Positions 36,077-44,200 of a DNA stretch of 64,000 nt are shown here, piece after piece. Positions within the stretch are counted from its first letter, which is position 1. Every line of letters starts with the position of its first letter. The position numbers and the translations under genes were made by a program. Origin of the DNA: an uncultured Christensenellaceae bacterium (GTDB taxonomy: Bacteria; Bacillota; Clostridia; Christensenellales; Pumilibacteraceae); the NCBI GenBank assembly GCA_910588155.1, contig CAJUPB010000012.1:2046-66045 (forward strand), read 5' to 3'. The notes below the pieces were generated by a model. The model was not told the DNA's origin and made no database searches. It was given only the letters and a program-made list of their open reading frames with translations.

Positions 36077-37417
36077 ATGAGAGATTACGACTCTTACAGT
36101 GTCGCCGCAACCGAAAGCATAGTTCGGAAAAAGAGCGGTGCAAGAATGATTTATATAGGAATCATAGTCGGGCTTGCTGTGATGCTTGCCGCTATGACCG
36201 CGGCATTTGTCGCAAGAGATTTCGGAAAAAACAGCGCCGAAGCCAGATTGAACGACTACTATTTCGAATCGGTCAGCGAGCTGTCCGACAGCGTGGACGA
36301 GGTTGTGCTTAACCTGTCCAAACTTTCGCTGAATATGAGCAGAGCCACAACGAGCGAGACACTGAACGAGCTTTCCACTTATGCTTCGGAAGGCGCGAGC
36401 GCGCTTTCCCGTCTTCCGATAGACGGCGAGAGAACTTATCCCGCGATGAAACTTTTGAACCAAATAGTGGACTTTGCGGCGGCTTATAACAGCGCCGTCG
36501 GACGCGGATACGATACGGACGGATACGTCAAGAGCGCGGCGAAGTTCAGACGCGCGGCGGAAACGTTGCAGCAGAGAGTGGACGAAATGGAAGAGATTTC
36601 GAGAAGAAACGGCAGAATCACAAGCGACTTTTTCTCGCCTTCGAATATGGCGGTCGGCGACGACAGACAGGAGGTCACGCCCGATTATCCCGAAATGATT
36701 TACGACGGTCCGTTTTCCGACGGCAAACTGCCGACTTCTTTCAAGAGCTTGGAGAATATGGAGGAAGTGACCGAAGAGGAAGCGCTGTATCGTTTCGGAC
36801 AGTTGCTGAATGTGAGCGGAGCAAAAATAATCGGTCACAGCAGCGAACCAGACGCCTACGAGATTGAGGCGGGCGACGCCTACGGCTCTGTGTCCGTCAA
36901 AGGCGGTATGTTTCTGTCGCTGTCCATCGCAGACAGAACGGGCGACGAAGTGAATCTGGACGAAGAAGACGCGTATATCCACGCAGAGGAATATGCCGCA
37001 AAACTCGGTTACGGCGATTTAACCCCCGTCTGGTATCTCAAAAGCGGCAGCGTCGCATATATCAATATGACGCCTACTGTCGGGGACACGATTTTGTATA
37101 CCGACCTCGTCAAGGTGAAAATATCGCTTACGGACGGCACGCTGCTGGGGCTGGAAGCGACGGGATATTGCCGCAACCACATTGAAAGAGACATTTCCGC
37201 AGTCATAAGCGAGAGAACCGCGGCAGAACTTTCGGGTATCGATTACGACTCCGTGCGCCTTTGCGTCATTCCCGACAAGGAGACGGAAGCGGTGTGCTAC
37301 GAAGTTCACGGAACATTCGACGAAATGGAATTTTACGTGTATGTCGACGCAGTTACGGGAGAGAGAGTCAAGGCTCTGAAAGTTGTGAACAGCTACGGCG
37401 GCAGACTCACCGCTTGA
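36077..37417 (+). CDS. ypeB: Germination protein YpeB (TM anchor plus PepSY domains)
   Basis: AAGGAG lies 7 nt before the ATG at 36077. There is one N-terminal TM helix. The gene lies immediately downstream of sleB and its size matches YpeB. C-terminal PepSY-like repeats are present. Confidence 0.75.
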   Translation: MRDYDSYSVAATESIVRKKSGARMIYIGIIVGLAVMLAAMTAAFVARDFGKNSAEARLNDYYFESVSELSDSVDEVVLNLSKLSLNMSRATTSETLNELSTYASEGASALSRLPIDGERTYPAMKLLNQIVDFAAAYNSAVGRGYDTDGYVKSAAKFRRAAETLQQRVDEMEEISRRNGRITSDFFSPSNMAVGDDRQEVTPDYPEMIYDGPFSDGKLPTSFKSLENMEEVTEEEALYRFGQLLNVSGAKIIGHSSEPDAYEIEAGDAYGSVSVKGGMFLSLSIADRTGDEVNLDEEDAYIHAEEYAAKLGYGDLTPVWYLKSGSVAYINMTPTVGDTILYTDLVKVKISLTDGTLLGLEATGYCRNHIERDISAVISERTAAELSGIDYDSVRLCVIPDKETEAVCYEVHGTFDEMEFYVYVDAVTGERVKALKVVNSYGGRLTA

Positions 37418-37463
37418 CAACGGAGCGGAAGGCGGTTATAATATAGATAACGCTTTTCGAGGA

Positions 37464-38369
37464 GTGAAAGATTTGATGAAGAATTATGACGCGGTTATCA
37501 TAGGCGCGGGACCTGCGGGACTTACCGCAGCGATGTATCTTGCGAGAGCCAACAAAAAGACTGCGATTTTCGAAAAACTGACGGCGGGCGGAAAGCTCGC
37601 CGTTACTCCCGTTATCGAGAACTATCCCGGTGCGGAAAGCGAAGACGGCTTTACCATTGCCGAAACTATGCGCAGTCAGGCGGAAAAGTGCGGTGCGGAA
37701 TTTGTTTATGCCGAAATTTCCGCCGTCGATTTCAGGGAACTTACCGTTACCGCAGGCGGAGAAACCTACGCCGCGTCGGCAATCGTAATCGCAACGGGCG
37801 CAAAGAGCGGAAAGCTCGGGCTTTCGGGAGAAAAGGAACTTTCGGGTAACGGCGTCAGCTATTGCGCGGTGTGCGACGGTGCGCTTTTCAGAGGCAAAGA
37901 CGTTGTTCTCGCGGGAGCGGGCGACCGTGCGCTTAAAGACCTGAACTATCTTGCGGGGATTTGCAGAAAGGTGTATTTCGTAACGCCCAACGCGTTTGGC
38001 GACAATAAGTGGGACAACGTAGAGATTTTGGAAAAATCCGAAGTCACAAGGCTTGTCGGCAAGCCGCTGGAAAAAATCGTCGTGTCGGGACTTGGGACGG
38101 AACGCGAGATTGAAACGCCCGCTCTTTTCGTGGACGTGGGGATAAAGCCCGACGGCAGGATATTTGCGGGTGAGCTGGAAACCGACACAAACGGTTTTAT
38201 TCTGACCGACGAGAATATGAGAACGAGTGTGAAAGGCGTTTTTGCAGCGGGCGACGTGCGCTCGAAAACATTGCGTCAGGTCGTGACTGCGGCGGGCGAC
38301 GGCGCGATTGCGGCAATGAGCGCAATCAAGGAAATGTCGCAAAACCGCAAGGCGGCGAAAAAAAATTAA
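37464..38369 (+). CDS. trxB: Thioredoxin-disulfide reductase
   Basis: FAD motif VIIGAGPAGLTAAMY, redox centre CAVCDG, and GAGDRA NADPH motif. The start could instead be the ATG at 37476. Confidence 0.9.
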   Translation: MKDLMKNYDAVIIGAGPAGLTAAMYLARANKKTAIFEKLTAGGKLAVTPVIENYPGAESEDGFTIAETMRSQAEKCGAEFVYAEISAVDFRELTVTAGGETYAASAIVIATGAKSGKLGLSGEKELSGNGVSYCAVCDGALFRGKDVVLAGAGDRALKDLNYLAGICRKVYFVTPNAFGDNKWDNVEILEKSEVTRLVGKPLEKIVVSGLGTEREIETPALFVDVGIKPDGRIFAGELETDTNGFILTDENMRTSVKGVFAAGDVRSKTLRQVVTAAGDGAIAAMSAIKEMSQNRKAAKKN

Positions 38370-38449
38370 AAAACAACGCAAATATAGGTGCAAAAATCAT
38401 ATTTTTGTGTTATTATATAGTAGCGGTAGATATTACCGACTATTCCTTT

Positions 38450-38553
38450 AAGGAGGGGCGATATAATGGAAGACGGACACAGTCCACGAAATGAAAGTGA
38501 TTGCCCCGCCTTGACGGTTTTTTAAAACTTCAAGGATTGTTTTTGCGCGGGGC
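38450..38553 (+). promoter_or_regulatory. Structured corA 5' leader with a 19-codon uORF (38466-38525)
   Basis: AGGAGG (38451-38456) lies 9 nt before the ATG at 38466. The uORF encodes MEDGHSPRNESDCPALTVF. AAGGAGGGGC (38450-59) can pair with GCCCCGCCTT (38503-12) at 9 of 10 positions. GCCCCGC (38503-09) can alternatively pair with GCGGGGC (38547-53). Confidence 0.3.
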
Positions 38554-38604
38554 GGTCTGCTTTAAAGTAGGACGTCCTTTTTTATGTTTCGCGGATAGTT
38601 AGTT

Positions 38605-39549
38605 ATGAAAGACATTTACGTAATGAAAAGCGGCGCAAGGGCGCTTGAACAGGTTCAGAGCGTGACTTCCGGCTGCTGGATAAACCTCGAAAATCCGTCC
38701 GATAAGGAAATCGAAGAAACTTCGGCGGCTACGGGAATTCCCGAAGATATGCTTAAAGCCGCGCTGGACGAGGAAGAACGCGCGCACATCGAAACCGACG
38801 ACGGCTGCACTTTGATTCTTGTCGACATACCCGTTATGAGCGGCGACAAAGATTGGTATGTGTATTCCACTTTGCCGCTTGCTATGGTCTATAACGACTC
38901 GTATTTCGTCACGGTCTGCTTGCGCGACACCGCGGTGTTAGGCGATTTCATCGACCACCGCGTCAAGAATTTCGATTTGAATAAACGCACACGCTTTGTG
39001 TATCAGATTTTGTATGTGAACGCAATAAAGTTTTTGGGTTATCTCAAACAGATTGACAAGACGTCTTCGCGCGTTCAACAGCATTTGCACCGCTCTATGA
39101 AAAACAAGGAACTTATACAATTGCTTGACCTCGAAAAAGCCCTTGTATATTTTTCCACGTCTCTGAATTCCAACCAAATAGTTATCGACAGATTGAAAAG
39201 CCTTTCCACGCTCAAACATTTCGAGGACGACAACGACATAATCGACGACGTAATAGTCGAGAACAAACAGGCGATTGAAATGGCGACGATATACCGCGAC
39301 ATTATGGGCGGCACGATGGATGCGTTTGCGTCCGTCATCGGAAACAATCAGAACATCGTTATGAAACTCTTGGCGGCGATAACGATTTGTATGACGATAC
39401 CGACGATTATAGCGTCGTTTTGGGGAATGAACGTCGCCGTGCCTTTCGCAGATTTGCCGGGGCTGGCGGGATTCTTTATCATTGTCGGCATAACGATTGC
39501 CGTGCTTGTCCCCGTCGTTATCATTATGTTCCGAAAACGAATGTTTTAG
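38605..39549 (+). CDS. corA: CorA-family magnesium/cobalt transporter
   Basis: FWGMNV (GMN motif) lies between two C-terminal TM helices. A large N-terminal cytoplasmic domain is present. No clear SD precedes the ATG at 38605. Confidence 0.88.
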   Translation: MKDIYVMKSGARALEQVQSVTSGCWINLENPSDKEIEETSAATGIPEDMLKAALDEEERAHIETDDGCTLILVDIPVMSGDKDWYVYSTLPLAMVYNDSYFVTVCLRDTAVLGDFIDHRVKNFDLNKRTRFVYQILYVNAIKFLGYLKQIDKTSSRVQQHLHRSMKNKELIQLLDLEKALVYFSTSLNSNQIVIDRLKSLSTLKHFEDDNDIIDDVIVENKQAIEMATIYRDIMGGTMDAFASVIGNNQNIVMKLLAAITICMTIPTIIASFWGMNVAVPFADLPGLAGFFIIVGITIAVLVPVVIIMFRKRMF

Positions 39550-39564
39550 CGAGGTAATATTTTT

Positions 39565-39756
39565 ATGCCATTGATTGAGTTAAAGTGCGCCGAATGCGGA
39601 TACGAAAGCGAAGAGCTTGTCGCGGCAAACGGCAAATATCCGAAGTGCGAAAAGTGCGGCGGCAAAATGCAACAGAACTATAACGGGACTCTGAAAGTCA
39701 ATTCCGTCAAGAAACATAACTGCAACGGCGATTGCAAGCATTGCGGCGGTTGCTGA
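39565..39756 (+). CDS. FmdB-family zinc-ribbon protein
   Basis: LKCAECGYESE...CEKCGG (CxxC-x17-CxxC) at the N-terminus, plus a second Cys cluster CNGDCKHCGGC. 63 aa. Confidence 0.7.
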   Translation: MPLIELKCAECGYESEELVAANGKYPKCEKCGGKMQQNYNGTLKVNSVKKHNCNGDCKHCGGC

Positions 39757-39774
39757 TATCAAAAAGGAGTATAT

Positions 39775-40338
39775 ATGAATTCCGTAATCAAGACGATATT
39801 GGAAAGACGCAGCACGCGTTCATTCGACACGGCAAAGACGGTGCAGGAAAGCCTTTTGACCGAGATAGTAAAGGCGGGAGCGTATGCGCCCAGCGCAATG
39901 AACAGACAGGCGTGGCACTTTTCCGTTGTGGAAAACAAAGAGTTGCTTTTGAGGCTGAATGCGGCTGTCAAGGCCTTGGCTTCCGAATCGGAAGAGGAGA
40001 GGATAAGGGCGCGCTCGTCGGACGACACATATAATTTTTATTACAGTGCGCCCGCGCTTATCATTGTGTCTATGTCCGAAAACGCACTGTATCCGAGAGA
40101 GGACGCAGGCTGCGCGATGGAAAATATGATGCTTGCCGCGACGTCGCTTTCTCTCGGTTCTTGCTGGATAAACCAGCTCGGAAACGGCGCAAGCGAAAAT
40201 GCGGGCGTCAGAGCCGTTCTCGACGAAATGGGCGTTCCGAAACAGAACAGTGTCTATGCCGCTCTTGCGGTCGGTTACGCGCTTAAAAGCTCGCCGCTCA
40301 AAGACCGCGCCCACGGCATTGTCAATTTCGTAAAATAA
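39775..40338 (+). CDS. Nitroreductase-family protein
   Basis: RRSTRSF near the N-terminus and APSAMNRQAWHFSVV. The size and C-terminus are typical. Confidence 0.85.
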   Translation: MNSVIKTILERRSTRSFDTAKTVQESLLTEIVKAGAYAPSAMNRQAWHFSVVENKELLLRLNAAVKALASESEEERIRARSSDDTYNFYYSAPALIIVSMSENALYPREDAGCAMENMMLAATSLSLGSCWINQLGNGASENAGVRAVLDEMGVPKQNSVYAALAVGYALKSSPLKDRAHGIVNFVK

Positions 40339-40348
40339 TTTTGAAAAC

Positions 40349-40381
40349 AAAAACGGCGTACCGCAATCGGTACGCCGTTTT
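40349..40381. terminator. Bidirectional terminator (nitroreductase / XRE gene)
   Basis: A perfect 12-bp stem AACGGCGTACCG/CGGTACGCCGTT, flanked by A- and T-runs. Confidence 0.85.
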
Positions 40382-40594
40382 CTACTTGTCGTTAGTGTCC
40401 CGTCCTATCAATTCGTCAAGAGAAATACCGTAGTAATCTGCCATTGAAACGCAAAAAGAAATACTTGGTTCTACTGTATTGCTTTCCCATCTGCTGATAT
40501 TTTGCTGTGACGTTTTAATGAGTTTTGCCAAATCGGTTTGACTCAATTTTGCGTTTTGCCTGTGATATTTAAATTCGTTTCCGTAATTTGCCAT
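40382..40594 (-). CDS. XRE-family HTH repressor (70 aa)
   Basis: The HTH is LSQTDLAKLIKTSQQNISRWES. AAGGAG lies 6 nt before the ATG at 40594 (MANYGNEF). Confidence 0.85.
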   Translation of the reverse strand: MANYGNEFKYHRQNAKLSQTDLAKLIKTSQQNISRWESNTVEPSISFCVSMADYYGISLDELIGRDTNDK

Positions 40595-40617
40595 AGTCAA
40601 CTCCTTAAATTATTGTA

Positions 40618-40684
40618 ACACATAATTGTGTTTTTGCTTGACTTACACATAATTGTGTGATATTATTGTTACACAAATTTGTGT
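40618..40684. promoter_or_regulatory. Divergent promoter region with three 14-bp palindromic operators (ACACA-N4-TGTGT)
   Basis: O1 at 40618-40631 and O2 at 40645-40658 both read ACACATAATTGTGT. O3 at 40671-40684 reads ACACAAATTTGTGT, a perfect palindrome. The rightward promoter is TTGACT (40638-43), a 17-nt spacer, then TATTAT (40661-66), with O2 inside the spacer. The leftward promoter is an extended -10 TGTTACAAT adjacent to and partly overlapping O1. Confidence 0.6.
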
Positions 40685-40698
40685 AAGGAGAGGATAAT

Positions 40699-40971
40699 AT
40701 GAATAATCAAACAGATAAGTGTTATAAATGCAGATTTTTTTGCAGGTATTACACGAGAGGCGTCAAGCAGTTTAACCGAACGAAATTCGGTTGGTGTTAT
40801 AAACGGTCGGAAGTAAAGGACGCGGGCGACTGTTGCGAAATATATATTTACGAGCCATTAAAACGGGGGAGCAAAAAGTTGGTGAAAGTGTGTTTGAACG
40901 ATTTGCTGACCGAAATAAGCGAGGTCAGAAAAGTCATAGAGGCGGAAAGAGATGAGAGAAAAGAAAATTGA
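40699..40971 (+). CDS. Small Cys-rich protein, paralogue 1 (90 aa)
   Basis: AAGGAGAGG SD. The Cys pattern is CxxC-x3-C-x17-C-x11-CC, followed by a charged helix. It aligns with the next ORF. Confidence 0.6.
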   Translation: MNNQTDKCYKCRFFCRYYTRGVKQFNRTKFGWCYKRSEVKDAGDCCEIYIYEPLKRGSKKLVKVCLNDLLTEISEVRKVIEAERDERKEN

Positions 40972-41197
40972 AAGTTGCAAAACTTGCAATGCCTGCAAAC
41001 GCGTATATACGAAAAGTTGGTATAGGTTTTGGGCGGAAAGACATTACTATTGCAAAAAGCGCGGTAAAATAGTCGACGGCGGCGGCAACTGCGGCAATTG
41101 GAAAAAAAGAAGAAACACATATAACTTGTCCGAAGCTCGTTTCGTCAGGGCGGAAGAGGACGTCAAAGCCATTGCCGAATATCTGAAAGATATATAA
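40952..41197 (+). CDS. Small Cys-rich protein, paralogue 2 (81 aa)
   Basis: It overlaps paralogue 1 by 20 nt. The Cys pattern is CxxC-x2-C-x17-C-x12-C, with shared positions (Y-T, F, C-K-[KR], D-G-x-C), followed by a charged helix. Confidence 0.55.
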   Translation: MREKKIESCKTCNACKRVYTKSWYRFWAERHYYCKKRGKIVDGGGNCGNWKKRRNTYNLSEARFVRAEEDVKAIAEYLKDI

Positions 41198-41230
41198 AAA
41201 CGGCTCGCCGTTTAAAGCGAGCCGCAAAAT
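41196..41230. terminator. Bidirectional terminator between the Cys-rich genes and the giant gene
   Basis: The stem is CGGCTCGC/GCGAGCCG with an 8-nt loop and A-rich flanks on both sides. Confidence 0.7.
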
Positions 41231-41240
41231 CCGTTTGCGA

Positions 41241-44200
41241 TTATTCTTGCACGGGACTTTTGATTGTGCCGTAGGAATGTGAGTCGAGATATTCGCGCAA
41301 GGTTTCTATGGGGCGTTCGTCGTATATCGGCGTGTCGCCGTTAAAGCCCGTCGCAACTCTGAACGTTTCGATTTCTTCGCCTATATCGGCAAGCACGGCT
41401 TCGAACTTCATAGACACCACGCTTGCCATAGACGTGGAGAAGCCGAGTTCGTTTATGAAAGTCTTTTCGCCCGTGCCGATATTCGTTTTGCGCGTGCCGA
41501 TGAACAGCTCGGCTTCCGAAAGGCTGGTGTTTCCGGCAAGGCTGCCCAAATCGATTTTTGTGTAATGGCGATTGTCTTTGAAGTAGTAGTGTTTATAGAA
41601 GTCTTTGAACTCTCCGGGAGTCGTGTTTCCGCCCTTTGAAATTTGGTCGGTTATCGTACTCTTCAAAATGCCCGACATCGGCGCGACATAGAAGACGTAT
41701 TCCATTATGTTGTTAATGCCGTCTGTTCCCGACATTTCGCTCATCAAATCGCCTACGGCAACTTTGACGAAGTTGTATTTTCCGTTCTTGTCGAGCTTGT
41801 TGAAATACATATAGCCGTCGAGGTAGTAAATTTGAGACGCCGATTTTTCCAAGACTTCCACGATAATCGATTTTTTCGGGGTGGAAAGCGAAACGATGAC
41901 AAGCGGCTTATTGACTATACTGCCGTCGGGTTGCGGTGTGGGAATCAGCTTTACTCTTGCGTCGATGGGTACGTTAATGTCGATGTTGACGATTCCGATG
42001 TGCACATTCAGATTGCCCGAAATGTGGAAGTCGGAGAGGTTTGCCGTATTTAAAAGCGCGGTCGTGAGATTGGAAACATTCGACAAATCGTTCAGGCAGT
42101 TGCCTTCGAGATATTGTTTGTAATATGTTTCGTACTTCATTCCGTAAGTGCTTTCGAACCAGGCGGAGAAGTAGTCGTCCAAAGAAGTCGTTTGTCCGTT
42201 GTCCGACACGGTATTTTTCATTGTGTGGAAATCGGCATAGGTCCAATATTCTCCGTTGTATTCCACGTATGTGAGGTCTTTGATTTTGTCGACAAAACCG
42301 TCCGAAATTTTCAGATATTCGTCCGTTCTCATTCTGACGTATTCGCCGTCGTTGCTCTGCGTGTATTTATAGCGCGCACCCCAGAAATCCCACGAGCGTT
42401 TGAAACGCTGTGATTTGATTATATCGCTCTCGCCGAACGATACGTCGTGACGCACGTATTCTTCTTTGTAGTTCGGCAAACTTACGCCGTTCAGTTTGCC
42501 TGCGAGAATGTTGTCGATAAGCTCTTGGCGTTTATACGTGCCGCCCGCGCTTGTGGCGTAGTTGTAATCGTGATATACGGGACGCTCTATTTTAATTTCG
42601 TTTGCGTCGGGGCAATCGAGGGACAGGCGGAACGACGTGACGGAGTTTGACGTGTGAAGATTGCTCATACTCCAATCGGTCAGCACGGGATTGCCGTCGT
42701 TCGTTCTCGTAAGAGTAAAGTCGGTTTCGCCGACGCGAACCGTCAAGGTCGAAGTTTCGCCGTTTTCGGCGGTAACGCTTTTCAAACTTACTCTCGGCAA
42801 ATTGCGAATGAGATTGACTATTTGTCCCACGCCGGGGGAGGATATGTCTCCCGTTCCGAACAGTTTGGATATTCTGCCGATGACGTCGCTTGCCGTGCTT
42901 ACGAATTCGGTATAGTCGTAATCGTAATCATACATAAATTCCTGCGCTTCGTGACAGACTTGCGTCGCAATGTCCAAAAGTCCGTTTATAAGCTCGCTCA
43001 TTTCGGCAAAGCCTTCTATGTCGAAGTCTTTCAAAAATTCGCCGGATACTATTTCTCTGTCCTTCGGAATCACATAGTCGAGAATCGTGCCGTCTTTGAT
43101 TCCGAGGGCGTCCTTGACGTTTCCGAGAAGGTTAAGCACTTCCGCAACGGTAAGTTTAAACTTGACGCCGTTGTAAGTTAGATATATTTCCTGCAACGGG
43201 TCGCCGTCGGTAATCATAATTTCAAACGTGTGTCTGGGGGCGACACCGTCGAAATTTGCGTCCACGCCTGTTGCCGCCGTTTCGTATACGTTAAATCCGA
43301 GCCGCAGGTTGGGTATGCCGCTTTTGGGGATAATTTCCGCATAGCCGTCGACTTTATGCGTTTTGTCTTTATACCACACGCGAATGTCGTGGAATGTCAC
43401 GCGATATGCCTGCTGTTTGAACGTTCCCAAAAGCGCGTCGAAATAGCTTATCAATTCGCTTGCCGGCGTGTAGTCGAGATTGAGAGAAGACAGAACGTAT
43501 TCCTCGGCTTCGGTTTGGTCGAATACGCGTGACAAATCGAGAGAGGCATTTATTGCTACCGTGCCGATTGTTTCGTCGTAAAGCTCGGTATGCAGCGTGA
43601 TTCCGCCGAGCGTTCCGTTTTTCAAGTTCACGCACAAATCGAGAGCGACGTCGCCGAACTTCAAGCCGATTTCGAGAGATTCCGAATTTGTGATTTTGAC
43701 AAAGTCAATCATATCGAGAACGGAATTTGCGTTCAAATCGGGCGTTGCTTCGTCGATTTTGTTTTGCAGGTCGGCGATGAGGCGGGGGAGGAACTTCGGC
43801 AGCATAGGCTGTACCGATTGCATAAACGCGTCGAAATCGTCTTTATTGCCGCAGACGCGCAATTCGTCGTAAACAAAGTGGTAATCTTTGCCGCTGCGCG
43901 AGAATACGACGGGGAGATTTTCTCCGCCGACTTGCGGCAGAGAGAGATTGATTTGGAAGTCGGCGCCGCTCTGTTTCAAAACGACGGCAATCTGACCCGT
44001 TACCGCAATGCTCTCGCCGTCGAGAGCTATGACAGCGTTGAAATCCGCGACGACTCCGCGCTTGTTTACAAGTTCCTTAATCGGTTCGACAAACCGCAAG
44101 AGGTCGTTTGCGTCGATATATTCGATGTCGGCGGCGGCGATATTCTTTTCGGTTTCGCTTGCCGAAAGGACTGCGTCAAGTTTGATTTTTGCGCCGTTTG

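Noticed and set aside
38394-38604. A possible M-box (ykoK) Mg2+ riboswitch in front of corA.
   Set aside because: I could not find the conserved M-box core (GGUGAGGCU-type and the AAAGCUA-type elements). I kept only the weaker uORF/alternative-pairing observation.
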